From Dimorphilus gyrociliatus (lineage: Eukaryota > Animalia > Annelida): a stretch of 64,000 nucleotides of DNA. Positions 37,745-50,394 of this stretch are shown in pieces. A program made the position numbers and the translations under genes. The notes beneath the pieces are model-generated. The model saw nothing but the letters and a program-made list of their open reading frames with translations, was not told the origin of the DNA and searched no databases. The stretch spans positions 186,001 through 250,000 of the forward strand of contig CAJFCJ010000013.1 in the NCBI GenBank assembly GCA_904063045.1, in the 5' to 3' direction. How positions within the stretch are numbered: position 1 is the first letter of the stretch; each line of letters begins with the position of its first letter.

Positions 37745-38377
37745 ATTCAGACAAACACAAACTCCTCTCTAGAAAACTTTGAAGAAATGACAAAAGTCCG
37801 AATAAAATCAGACAAAGAGAAGAACAGTGTAAGTTTACACATTGTCGTATTCAGTTACCTATAGCTAGATCTCAAAAAGACAGAGAGAGAGAGACAGAGA
37901 GAGACAGAGAGAGACAGAGAGGAGAGAAGAAGAGAGGAATACAAAGGAAATGTTGAGAGACAGAAAAAGAAAGACCTAAAACTTGCGATTGGATCCTACG
38001 ACAAAATTATTTTGTACTATCTATCTATAATTCTAACACCTATTTTTCTTTTTAATCTAGATCACTTACGTATGTTGTCTGTCTTTTTTTGGTTAAAAGT
38101 GTAAATGTTCCTTTTTTTGTATTGTTTTCCTGGTTTGAAGGTTAAACGACAAATAATGCATTTTTAAAAAGAAAAATAGCTTTTACAAAATTTAAAATTA
38201 AATCTCTATAGATAAAGTACTTTTTAAAAATAAAATCATCGAAATAAATTAAGATCTAACGTCGAGCTGACTAAAAACCGAGACACGAAAGCCATTTAGA
38301 TTTTATATGATATTTTTTACTCTTAACCCTTAAATATCAAGAAGAGCAATCACTCACAATCAAATAAACTTTGTAAC

Positions 38378-39652
38378 TTAAATAAGACGTAAACGGACAC
38401 CTTCAGCCAACATCTTCCAAGTGACATTCTGGACGATTTCGACGTCGCAACTAACCGAGTAAGCTATCGGTTTCTTGTAAAAATACTGAATGTTAGTGCA
38501 TTCAGAAGTCAACTGGCGTTGAAAGACAGCCGCCATAATTTTCATCGCATCCAAAAGTTCTTCCTCCGTATAACCAGTCCATTTTTCCCAAGCAGTAGTC
38601 CATATTCCAGAACCGAGAATACGGTTCGACAAACAAACAGCAGCAGCCGCAGCCAAAGATGGCTTCAAAGACGCTCCACGCTCGCAAAGTACGCAAATAT
38701 CTAACAAATAAGCCGTTAAAAATTGTTGATTCTTACTCGGAGTTTCGGTGGTCTGGTACCAAGCGCTGGTAAAGCAGTACGGGGTTGGTGGCCAAAGGTC
38801 AAAATTAAGTTTTCGAACAATAAGCTTTTCCATATCGTAAATTTGCTCTTTGGTATACGCGTCATCGGTATACCTAATCAATCTCTTAACAGAAGGCACA
38901 TAACGTTCATTCAACTTAGCCGCTAACAAAATAGAAGTAGATGAAACAAGCTGGATGAGAGCCAAGTCAGTCGGAAAGACAGACAAGGTTCTATCCATAA
39001 TATTAACAGCAATATGAAACGATTGACGTTGCATCTTTTCAGAGCGAATAACAGCATGCATCCAATCAACCACAACTTGCCTGGTTCTTTCGGTGATGTC
39101 AACGCAACACTTTAAAAAATCAGGTTTAACTGCTAAATCTCTTTCGCGATCTTTCAAATGACGTAAAACTTGAACAACATAATTACTGCAATCATAAATA
39201 TGAACGCCAGGAGGGGGTTGAAGTTGAACATCAACGCAAATCCCTTGATCGTCATCTGGCTCTTTCTCTTGTATGACTTTAGTCGTTACAATGTCTTCGT
39301 CATCGGTAACCTCAGCTTGTTCTTCCTTCTTAGCGGTCGCTCCTTTATCAGAGCGTCTCTTAACAGGAGGACTTTTCGGTCTCTTACTTTTTCTACTTCT
39401 TAAAAACGGTGGTAAACGAACTCGTTTCTTCTTCCTTCCATCTCCATTGGTAACGTCGGCAAATGGCTTTCGCTTTTCTAATACTTTAGCCGCCCTTGAA
39501 TCACTTAAAACGGCGTCAAACGATGGCAGCTTGTCGGACAATTCTACGAGGGCGTTCCTTCTCCTTGAACCGGACGCTTCGACCCTGTGTAACTTGTCCT
39601 CAAACAAACTTAGAGTATCGTTCGTGTTAAACCTCCGCTTATTCTTCAACAT
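38378..39652 (-). CDS. Intronless A/B-type cyclin (cyclin B3-like by D-box; tentative)
   Basis: Cyclin box RQVVVDWM...FHIAVNIMDR...LAAKLNE...DMEKLIVRKLNFDL. D-box-like RNALVELSD and RKPFADVTN. The first in-frame ATG is at 39652. Confidence 0.8.
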   Translation of the reverse strand: MLKNKRRFNTNDTLSLFEDKLHRVEASGSRRRNALVELSDKLPSFDAVLSDSRAAKVLEKRKPFADVTNGDGRKKKRVRLPPFLRSRKSKRPKSPPVKRRSDKGATAKKEEQAEVTDDEDIVTTKVIQEKEPDDDQGICVDVQLQPPPGVHIYDCSNYVVQVLRHLKDRERDLAVKPDFLKCCVDITERTRQVVVDWMHAVIRSEKMQRQSFHIAVNIMDRTLSVFPTDLALIQLVSSTSILLAAKLNERYVPSVKRLIRYTDDAYTKEQIYDMEKLIVRKLNFDLWPPTPYCFTSAWYQTTETPSKNQQFLTAYLLDICVLCERGASLKPSLAAAAAVCLSNRILGSGIWTTAWEKWTGYTEEELLDAMKIMAAVFQRQLTSECTNIQYFYKKPIAYSVSCDVEIVQNVTWKMLAEGVRLRLI

Positions 39653-39929
39653 CTCGACGTTTAACCCGGGCGGGATTGACGAAGAGACTAGCGAAAACAC
39701 GCGCCTTATATGCTGTCGGTGATTGTGCTCGCAAAATAGAGTATTTATTAATTACAAGCTCAATAAAACTTCAGTACTGTCAACATTGTTACACATTTTT
39801 TATATGACCTCTACAAATTAATCATCAGTTTTCAATGTCAAATGTGAAAAAAATTGGATTATCTTCCCTAGAAAGATCCTCATCTCTTCAATTTTGTCAA
39901 GCCTAATGTATGTTCATCATATCTAAACG

Positions 39930-42033
39930 CTAGAGATCATACATTTTAACATCTACCGGCGGTACATTCTTTTTTCCTGAATACGGTGGGGGAGGAGTGA
40001 TCATTACAGGTCCAACAGCATTCGAGGAAGGTCCCGGAGAACCTCCACCACTACCTATGCGTTGTATTCTTGTGCCCCTTGAGCAGCATTTCAAACAAAG
40101 CACGATAACAAAGTCCAAAAACAGTTCGAAAAATTCCAGTATGGTTAACACGGAACAACCCAAGTATAGACCCAATACTCCTCCAATATCGGATAAGAAT
40201 TGTATTGGAGAGTATTTCGGTTCCTCCTCGATACTTTCAAAGTTGAATTCCGTATAAAATATTGATACTTTAAGGAAATTTCTACTGGGCTTGGTTGTGT
40301 CCGAATCATTGATGATTTTCTTCGTGCCATTATTCAATTCTTGTAAATCTTTGTACAAAGCCTTCTTATGTTTGTCAGAGGGCCATAAATTTGAGGATAC
40401 TATAGGTCTAAAGGTGTTTTCTGAGCATTTATTTGGGCAACTACAACTTAACTCTCCATTAGAATAGTCTGTTTCAACTTTCTCTTTGCAAGCAACAGTC
40501 GTATCATTCGTAGAATCGCATGCCGTCTTATTTAGACCTGGCCAAGTGTTCCACGCTTCATTTAAAGCTTGTCCAGTCAATGGTATCTGAGGGTCGGCGC
40601 ATTTACACCTTTTTATCGTCCAGGACTGAAGACATGTCTTATAACAGGCTGTTGTGCTATACTTGACGTCATAGTGTTCCTCATAAACATTTTTATCTTT
40701 ATTCAAACTACTAGTATCAACGCAATCTCCGTAGACTCCACCTTGTCGTTTCAATTTTATCATACTTATCCCTATACTCGTTGATTGACCAGGGCTGACT
40801 GATATTCCTTCATCCTCGGGAAAAGCCATTTTGGTTTGATTATGAATAACCACCCGTACACCAGCAGATTCGGCAAGATCACCAATATAATCGTCTTGCT
40901 CTATATTTAGGACGAGTGTTAAACCATATTGTGGGCCAGGTTTATAGGATTTTTCGACGGCCAGTGATCCCCATCCAGAGTTGAAAATATAACAATTTCC
41001 ATGTATGTTATTATAAAAGTGAACGAAATCTGAAGTATTACAAACATATCCAGCATATTCACAACTTAAGAGCATGTCTTCAAGTTGATGACCCATAGCA
41101 GTCTTAGCCGAAGTAGGAATATCAGCTAAAATAGTTGTAATTCTCTTCTTTAGTTCAAAGCCTTGGTTTGTCACTTTTCCGTCTTCTCTAGGTCTAGGCT
41201 TTACACCAAGTTGTTCCGGTTTTGGTTCTGTTTTTTAAAGAAATTTTATATTTTTCGGATATAGAATGGTACAAAATCTAACTTGTACTAGGACCAGGGG
41301 GACCACCAGGACCACCAGGACCTCCAGGACCTCCAGGAGCACCAGGAGCACCAGGGCTAGACGGACCGGCTGGAGAACCAGGACCAGCTGGACCTGCAGG
41401 ACTACCGGGACTGGCTGGACCAACAGCGCCTGGTGCTGGAGCAGGAGCAGGAGCAGGAACAGGACCAGCTCGTGCTATTTATATTCAAATGGTATTTAAT
41501 AATAGCATTATAATTGATTAAAGTGTATTAAGTCTTACCAGATCTCTTTCGACGTTTTTTAGAAGTAGTTGTTTCGTCTATACTATCCGTTGCTTCCAAT
41601 AATATTTTAATATCATCACTGCGACTAACTTCTTTCTCCTTGATTGGATTTATATTGCACAAGGTAATAGCAGGAAAATTTAACTCCGGTTTGTGATCGA
41701 TTTTTACGTTTACATCTACTCCAAAAGAAGCGTAATCTTTTGCCAAGTCTTGAATGTTATAAGCAAGAATTCCTGCCATACCCAAACTAAATATCAGCCA
41801 TATAGCTTTCTTAATATATCCTATAAAAAGAAAAAGTTATTGTATCTAAATCAGAGTATTATTAAAATATTATTACCCCTCGCAAGGTTAACGTGAGGTA
41901 TTCCGTGGCAAGTTGTTTTATTAACAAACCCTTTAAATACACTGGAAACAGGTCTCTCCGACATTGGAGATTTTTCATATTCCTCACTTGTTACTGAATC
42001 GTACATTAGCGGTGAATTATCTCGATTGTCCAT
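39930..42033 (-). CDS. DEG/ENaC/ASIC-family sodium channel subunit, four exons (42033-about 41877, about 41820-41539, 41474-41283, 41227-39930)
   Basis: HG motif TTCHGIP, TM1 then [28 protein letters not shown], a Cys-rich thumb domain and TM2 [21 protein letters not shown]. Confidence 0.92.
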
Positions 42034-42675
42034 TTTTGTATATTTCTAGTCTATCTTTCTTCTAAGTTAACTGATCTTTTAGAGATTGAAAATGAAATAT
42101 AATGCAATTTATGGTTGAAGGTAGTAGTCTCGATCCGTCTAAAAATTTTCTTAAAATGCCTCAACAGCAAAAGAAGTCTAGTTATTTAGAATATAAAGTT
42201 GTAACTAATAAATAGTAATAAATAATTCAAATTTAAGATTTCTATGACACTGCAGGGTTTAGGTCTATGATACATTGTGAATGGTTTTAAGTCTGCCTTA
42301 AAGGAAGGTTATTTATCTCAAAGATTCAATTTGATTTCCTATTTTAGTCTTATACGTTGTTATACAATAATACTATTTTACGTCGATTTATTGACAAATA
42401 CGATGATCGCTGTGATTGGTCACTGTCACTAATGAATCATATCTACTATTGAATTGAATCGAAACGCAAAAATATTTTTATTATAAAATTAGTCGTTTTG
42501 ACAGCAGTAAATATTATTGACCGGGTGGGGTATAGATATTTCAAAATCCGAATAACGATCAAAGTCTTTTACATTTTGAAATATTTAATCAAGTGTTCTT
42601 GTCCACTAAAGTAACAGTAAAGTAGGTGGCTAATCCTGTTGTCAATTCGATTGCTTTCAAACAGAAATCTCCTTT

Positions 42676-44345
42676 TTAAGTAAATAGCAACCAATTAGCC
42701 GGATTCGAAATTAGGATTTGATTGATTGCGTCCCGAGAGATATCTCTTACAAGCATTTTTGGCACAATATTCTCAAGAATATGGCAAAAGCCGTGACCTC
42801 CATATTTTTTCTGAAAAAGCAAATTAGATATTCAATTACATCATCTCTTCCATTAAGGAAACTTTTAAGGGATAAGCTCACCAGTCTATGAAGGGTATGA
42901 ATATCTTGAGCCACAACAATCTTATCTGCAAATCCATCATCAACTAGCCTCTTTATGTAAGCCACCCTCTGCGAGTCTGAAAGAAAATCAATAGTTTCAT
43001 CGAGAGGATAGTTGATGACCTCAACTCCAAACAAGTCATATTCCAGATAGCATGTTGTATCCAATAGATCCATTAATGTACAATAATCTTGTACAGTTCG
43101 ATCTATATGGGAAATAACCACCTTATCGATATTGCATCCAGCTTCCGACAAAATTCTGATAATCTCCATTGGCGCTCTATGATTTCTACCTGGATGAATA
43201 GATACTCCACACCCTAAATCCGCCTGGGCGATGGCTGCTCCTTTCAGAACTTTTCTCTCTGCGTCTAAAATGTAAAGCAACTATTATTAACTAAAGGTTA
43301 CATTTTAAGCAAGATTAACAAGCTCTTAAGTTATTTATTCTCTATTACCAGTCAACGGCCAAGAACAACCTATCTCCCCGATTAGTCCACATTTCACACC
43401 ATCGTAACCAACAAGTACTTCCTCCTTAATTGACTCTGCGATGTCTTCGACCGACATACCAATCATTTCAGGCGGATGAGCACTATCGACATAGTAACCA
43501 GCCCCTGCAACTACTTTTACGCCGGTTTCCTCACTGATTTTTTTCACTGCCTGTATATCACGTTTTAAACCTTTCGTTGTACATTCAACAACTGCCGAAC
43601 CTCCAAATTTCTAAGAATAAAAAAAAAACTATTAGGAAATTCGAATACTACAATTATAAAATAATTTTACCTTGAAGTCCATTAAATCGGCTTTAACTGC
43701 TTCAACATCAAACAACTTCAGATTCGGTATGTGTTGCCATCTATTAATATTTGTCAGATTTTTAACATAAATAAATAAATTACAGTTTCAGTGAAAAATT
43801 ACATACGGATTTCTAGATATCCAACCGTAATTTTCCAAAGTCATTGGAATATGAGAGTTTTCTGTCTCTTCAAGTAGCATAGGATATTCCATATAGAGAT
43901 GTTCATGAGCCAGCGTTATTCCCAGGGTAGTCGGTTCGATCAAACCGGTGACTGGAAATAAGACATAAAATATATTTGCTTTTCTATTTTATGACAAGCG
44001 TGCTATCTTTGAAAAGTATATAACAACGGAATGGGTTAATGAGCTGCAAAAAAAAAATGGAAGACAAAAAAGGCCCATTCGCCGCCGGGAAAGAAAGGGA
44101 AATCTGATAAGATGACACCAGACCTTAATTATCAAAAGAGTGACTTTTATAGCTTAATCTGACTTCTTAATAAAGATGCAACATTGTAATTAACAAATAT
44201 CAATCTAGAGGAAACATACAACTGGTTTCGAGACAGATGATATAACGTTACGGTTTATAGATTTATTACTAATAAAAATTGAGAAATTTGGATTGTATTA
44301 TTTATTCTTACCTGTTTGTATCTTTGTACTAAGAGAATTGTCCAT
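42676..44345 (-). CDS. PTER: Phosphotriesterase-related protein (amidohydrolase), multi-exon
   Basis: [59 protein letters not shown] and [18 protein letters not shown] are present. The stop is at 42676-42678. Confidence 0.92.
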
Positions 44346-45659
44346 TTTACTCTTGTTTACTAGGAGAGTTTACGTATATGGTTTCCGTAAATAACACCCT
44401 CTTGATGAAACGTGTCTATATATTTTGACATCCAATAGGAAGTCTTACAATCATTTAATGCGGAGTTAGCGCGATGTCTTTATTAATTGCTTAAATGTAC
44501 AATAAGACTAGTTTTTTGTAAATAATTCTACGCGGTCAATTTTTTAATTAATTAGTTTTCTTAATTAAACAAAAGGAATAATCTGTCCTTTAGTGCGGAT
44601 TAATAAAAATTACACTGAGTAGTGTTGGTAAGCACTGGGGAGTATTTCAAAGTTAATAGTTTGAACTAAAACAGAGGCCTATACCACTTGACAAGCGATA
44701 TGGCATAAACCAATATACAAATAGCATTACTGTTATCTACAAACGAAACGAAAAAAGTTCTGTATAAAGTACTCAAAAATAGGTAGGCGTGAGGCGTTTA
44801 ATTATAATTTAAACAAAAAATGGAGAATATTAAAAAAAAAAACGTTCCAAAAATCGAATAAATTATTATTTAGTTCTAAACTCTTTGTAATTTTCTACAA
44901 AAAAGAATTTATATATACATTATTGTTTAAAGAAGAAATGTTAGAATAATCTTTAACAATATTAGTAGATGTATAAAATTTCTATAATGGAGAAAAACAT
45001 ACGAAATATGAATAATGGTTTGTCCTGGTTTATTATTTTCTTTCTTTCAATCGTAAAGAAGTTGTTTTGTGTATTTTGTATCTTTAGTGGATTTTTATGT
45101 ACCTAATGAACTTTGTGAAAAAGAATCTGTAAGCGAACGACTGCGTATAAAATGCTAATGAGGATAGAAGAGGTTTTTTTTTGCAATAAAAAATATCACT
45201 ATATTGGATTAAACAAAGATAATTAATATTTTTTTTTGCATAATTTCTTCAAAAAACTATTTACAGATGATTTTGTCAAGAAGACTATTAGTGATTAGTA
45301 TCCTGTAATATCGAATAAAATTTTAAACGTCATACTCCTCTTAACAGAATAGAATGAAAAGGGCTGGAGAAAAACGTTATTTTAGGGGGAAAAAAGAAAT
45401 TTTTCGCTCTCAAAATTTACCTTTAGTCAAGTCTGCCTTGACTAATGCAAGGTGATAAATGGGGAAAAAGATGTTAGAGTCAACTTCCCCCTCCTTTTTT
45501 CTCTCTCTCTCTCTCTCTTCTCTATTTCTTTCTTTCTATTTATTTTTCTTATCTGTAGAATCCTCTTTATAAATCAATTGTCTTTATAAGTTATAATACT
45601 ACGTTATTTAAAACTGAAAGAAATTTGTGAAAGTTTTCTTTTTCATTTTCGAGTAACAA

Positions 45660-45703
45660 GATTCTTAAATCATCTTTCCTTGATTCTTAAATCATCTTTC
45701 CTT
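45660..45703. repeat. Perfect 22-bp tandem duplication
   Basis: gattcttaaatcatctttcctt occurs twice, directly adjacent. Confidence 0.9.
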
Positions 45704-46244
45704 ACTTCGTTATTCGATAAACAAGGAGTTTTAATCGATCCGACTGACTTTTATGGCTATTTTATGAGAAGGAAGAAAGTAGATCAATTAGCTAATCCAT
45801 CAATTCTAATATTTGTTTTTCTTCTATTCTTTGTTGTCGATGTTTTTCTTTTTCTCTTTTTTAAACAGCACAGAATAAGTGATAAAGAAGAAAGAGGAGA
45901 ATGCTAAATTTTTATACAAACTTTAGAGCAAAAATGGAAAACTATTCACTTGTTTTTGGTATAGTCTTGAATTGATTGATAATACAAAATAAGCATATAC
46001 ATAGTTCAGAGAGAAAATGATGGAGTAGAAAATAATAGTAATAATAGTAATGACAAAAAAGAGTGGGTCGATTTCAATCACGATTGTTCGCCCCCAAGAC
46101 GAAAGCAAGGTAAATACAATTACACAGAGCAATTTATACAGTCAAATCAGATACAATAATTACTAACAAACACTATAAAGAGATGGAAAGGTATTGTTTG
46201 ATCCCCTTAATGTCTTACCAATGCCTTGATAAGGATAAATAAAA

Positions 46245-47519
46245 TCAGTTAGTTAATTTTTTCCTTTTTTCACCCTTTTTTCTATCAATTGTTATTGCTC
46301 TTGCAACATTATAGTACAAATTAAAGTTACTAGCTATAACAGGTATTGGTAAACCAGTTGATAACATACCGGAGAGAGCGCAAATGGCGCCTACTAAATA
46401 TCCCCAACCTGAACTTGGGTGTTTATCTCCGTATCCAACAGTAGTCATAGTTACAATTGACCACCAGAAACCAATGGGTATATTGACGAAGTGAGATTCT
46501 TGAAAAAATTCAGCAAAGTAGATAAGAGTGGAAAAAAAGAGCATACCCAAAACTATTAACATAATAAGGAGCAAAACTTCTCTTAACGAGGCTTTAAGAG
46601 CGAGCAATAGTATTTTCATCCCTGTAAAATGTCTCGCTAACTTAATCATTCGAATGGTCCTCATAACGCCCAGTACACTTAAAAAATAGACAAAACCGAA
46701 AAGCCTATCATCTGTCAAGTATGAAGGATTCGTAAATTCAACGATAGTAAGGCATAAGGTTGATAGAACACACAGACAATCAATGATATTATAGAATGAT
46801 AGAACAAACTTCTTTTTGTCGGGACTCAAAATAAATCTGAGTAACAATTCCACACCAAATAATACCATACAAGCTATGTCGATATTAACAAGCATTGGAT
46901 AAGGCGTTGTTGTCAACTGAAGTAACATTTTTGGATTTGTTTCCCCAGTTACGTTCCGTTTTGGTACTACAAGATTAATTCTAAATGACCTGTGAGTAAA
47001 CATCACCAATAAAGTAACGGAAGTAATTACGGCCGCTAGAAAGAAAAAGGCCCATAATTTTGCCGGCATACTTGACATAGGATTTTCTAGGAAATTCCAA
47101 GCACCTAATCTCCATCTCGATATGCATTGATCAGCCTTTGGTGCTGATTCGTTATCGATTTTATCAAAGAAATTTATCACTTCATTTCTCATCTTAATTT
47201 CTCTTTCTTTGGCTACGAAAGCGGCCCAACAGCAATCCGCTATATATTCTTCTCCTATTCCCCAATACTCTAGTTCCTCTTTTAGCACTAATCCACAAAC
47301 GCTTTCAGCCGTAACGTGTATACGACCATATCTATAAGCGTCTAGTATGTAATTGAATAGCGTAGGATTCCTATCAAAATAGTATTCTCCCACTGCTGCA
47401 TCGTAGGCGTCATTTTCTGCTGATAAGGTTGAAAGTTTCGTACCAGGTAAACTCCTCAATGTATCTGCTCGACACTGGAACTTAACACCTCCGACATTTA
47501 ATGTAATCCTATCTTCCAT
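46245..47519 (-). CDS. Intronless voltage-gated potassium channel subunit, Kv3/Shaw-like
   Basis: T1 domain (LNVGG...EYYFDRNP), six TM segments, pore WWSIVTMTTVGYGD and S6 LPIPVIASNF. Confidence 0.9.
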   Translation of the reverse strand: MEDRITLNVGGVKFQCRADTLRSLPGTKLSTLSAENDAYDAAVGEYYFDRNPTLFNYILDAYRYGRIHVTAESVCGLVLKEELEYWGIGEEYIADCCWAAFVAKEREIKMRNEVINFFDKIDNESAPKADQCISRWRLGAWNFLENPMSSMPAKLWAFFFLAAVITSVTLLVMFTHRSFRINLVVPKRNVTGETNPKMLLQLTTTPYPMLVNIDIACMVLFGVELLLRFILSPDKKKFVLSFYNIIDCLCVLSTLCLTIVEFTNPSYLTDDRLFGFVYFLSVLGVMRTIRMIKLARHFTGMKILLLALKASLREVLLLIMLIVLGMLFFSTLIYFAEFFQESHFVNIPIGFWWSIVTMTTVGYGDKHPSSGWGYLVGAICALSGMLSTGLPIPVIASNFNLYYNVARAITIDRKKGEKRKKLTN

Positions 47520-48869
47520 AAATTCTCTTGCTTTTAGAAATTATATTGATAAGGAAGGAGAAGTTAATGGAAGAAAGCAACGCAGACACACAGATAGAGT
47601 AAAACAAAAAAAAAGAGTGGGGGGGGAGGGAGAAGGGGGAGGAGAGAGATCGAAAAAGAGAGCAAGAGATAGGGGAAAAGAGAGATATATAGTTTTAGAG
47701 AGTCAGCTACTGGACTTATCCAAGTGAGCGAAGGAGAGAGAATGAGAGAAAGAGAGAGAGAGAGAGAACTATTAAAGATAAACAAAGCTACTAACCGCAC
47801 TAAAGCTTGTAAAGACAATAGGAAGTTTGTAAGGCTATAATAATAAATATCGAGAAAATTAATAATAAAACACCGCAATAAAGCATCTATTTTAAAAAAG
47901 AGCAGAAAAAAGCATGCAAATAAACTTCAATTAGCTCCGCCGCGCATTCGGATGACAGCGATAAGGGCGAATCGTGTTGACTGCATCGCGTCGCTGCGTT
48001 AAATAAATATAGGCCGTAAAAAATCGCCTTTTCAACCCCACAAATATTGACTAAAACGTAAAACGTTTGTTTGAACTATATAAACAGTATATATACCTGG
48101 TCCGATTAAGTAGTTCGCTATCAAACAATCTTTCAACGGTTGAAACCTACTCGAGTAACGATATCATTTATTATTTTTCCATCATTCCTCATTCAAGCTC
48201 TTTATTTATCTTTTCTTAGTTAAATATTTTAAACAACAGTTTGTTAGTAAACATTAACTACAAACAATAAAATAAAAGAATATATAGATAAAAAGGAACA
48301 AAAAAATTGGTAAAATATACTATTAGTTGTACAGGAAATATGTTTTTTTTTTACCTTGTTTACACAATTCTGTCTGTCTTTTTTTTTTCTACATATACAG
48401 TATAATCCCACAATCCAAATGTTTGTAATATGCGCAAAGCAATTCTTGACCAATTATTGCTTTTCTGAACAAACTATAAATTATGTATTCTTTTATATCA
48501 TCCTATACGCATTGACGTGTAGAAGGATATATTCTAAAAGAGATAAAAAAAAAAAAAAAGAGGGAGGGGGGCGAGGGGAGGGCTTGTAAATTTTCTCTTT
48601 TTTCGAATAGAGAGAGCAGCTTTATAGACTGTGTTTTATGTGGTAAAAATATTGCTTAGCATGCTAAAATCTCTTTTTTTTTTTTAATTATAAATATAAG
48701 GAAGTTCAATCTTTTAGTTAGAGTTTATTGGAAACCAAACCTAGGTATATTGATTATCATTGATCCAGGCGTCGTCGCTGTTACATTGTAGAGTGGCGCG
48801 TCAGGCAACGGCGTTCTTTCAGTAGAAAATTTCAAGCCGTCTTAGACGCCGCATCAATTGAGAGTCAGA

Positions 48870-50318
48870 ATGGGAGATCTTGCTGAAAGGTTTGTCTTAT
48901 CATTTATTACGTAGTTAACTCTATACTGTTATATTTTATCATTAAACGTATATGTCGAGTACATTTCCTCTCCATTGTTATCAATTAGTAGTTTTTATTG
49001 TAATTCTATTTATCTGTTTAGGAAGACTAACGAATATTGAGTGGCATTCCACAAGTATTTACGAATATCTATAAAAGCCTACGCGCACTCTCGCTCTCTC
49101 TCTCTCTCTCGTAATTAATTTAAAAACAGGTTGTGGAGAATCTTTTCTTTTAAATTAAAAGGCTAAATTAACTATTCCATTTACTTTGTAAATAATTATA
49201 TTTTGTGTTTAAAGATTCTTTTATAAATAAAATAGGAGTTTTACAAAGATTTACACACGATATCAAGTTTTTTTCTATTACCTATTTCGCAATTTTATGT
49301 CATTGACTTTACAGAGAAAATATAAATGTAAGCCTATAAGATATATTGTATACGCCTTACAAGATGGCAGAGTTTTGACACAGATAACCTAGTTGAGGAG
49401 AATTTTTTTTGGTTACTTTACAAAAGATGACTAGAATCGGTAGGGTTATTTTTTTTGTTAAATTGCCTCTCAAAAAGTAATGAAAGGGTGTGTCCTTGTC
49501 TTTATTCAAATGGGCTTATCTGTTACGTCAAAATGTTAAGGTCGAAAGGCCGTTTTTTTGTAATATAATACAAGAATTTTGGCCTGCGAAATAGAGTTTG
49601 AGTGTGTAGTAATTCAGATATACAGCGCGCTCTCTGTGAGAGAAGTGAAATATACAGTAAGAAAAAAAAAGAGCCAGAATCAACTAGAGAAAAGATATTA
49701 AAAGACAGCGACAAGAGGAGATTGAGGAAAAGAACAGAGAGAGAGAGAGATAAAAAAAGATACAAAACTACCAATAATAACATTAAAGAATTATTTCCTT
49801 TTTACATCTTTTGTTTAAAAAACTAGATTAGTCATCAAAAAAACAGAGAAAGAGAAATATTATTGCGAGAGAAACGTTTCTTATGGTCCTTTATTATTTC
49901 TTTTATAACTTGTCGTTCAATTTATGGTTTTATGACAATGACGTGTAAAATTAGTTCAAAGAATGAGGAAGCCAATAAAGCGCCACAGGTGAATAACTCT
50001 CAGCCCGAAAATGAAGAGGATCGAAACAGTACAATTAACGCTCGCCAGTCAGCCAGACACAGGCAGAGACGTCATGGAATTTGTCATACTCAAAATGATG
50101 CTTTAAATATAAGATCAACTCTAGCGCCAGAATCAAATACAAATGAAAATTCGTGAGTTATTATATATTTTTTGATAATTTCTCTTCCTTTATTTTTACC
50201 TTGTTTTGTTATGTTTTTATTATTTGAGAAAAAAAAAGAGTTGATAAAAGTTTTTTTTTTTTAAAAAAACAAAAAAAATATCTGCAATAGGTTAAAAAAA
50301 AATATCTCATCGCTCTAA
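48870..50318 (+). CDS. Hypothetical 81-aa hydrophilic protein; exons 48870-48889, 49955-50152, 50291-50318
   Basis: Three exons with matching phase-2 junctions (AG|gtttgt, attag|T, TC|gtgagt, aatag|G) give MGDLAES-SKNEEANK...RHRQRRHGICHTQNDAL...ENS-LKKNISSL. I recognise no homology. Confidence 0.4.
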
Positions 50319-50352
50319 TCCTGCTTATTCTGAAAAATGGTTTTTTATTAAA

Positions 50353-50394
<42 letters not shown>

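Noticed and set aside
39170-40784. Plus-strand ORFs opposite the cyclin and DEG/ENaC genes
   Set aside because: They are antisense shadows of real coding sequence.
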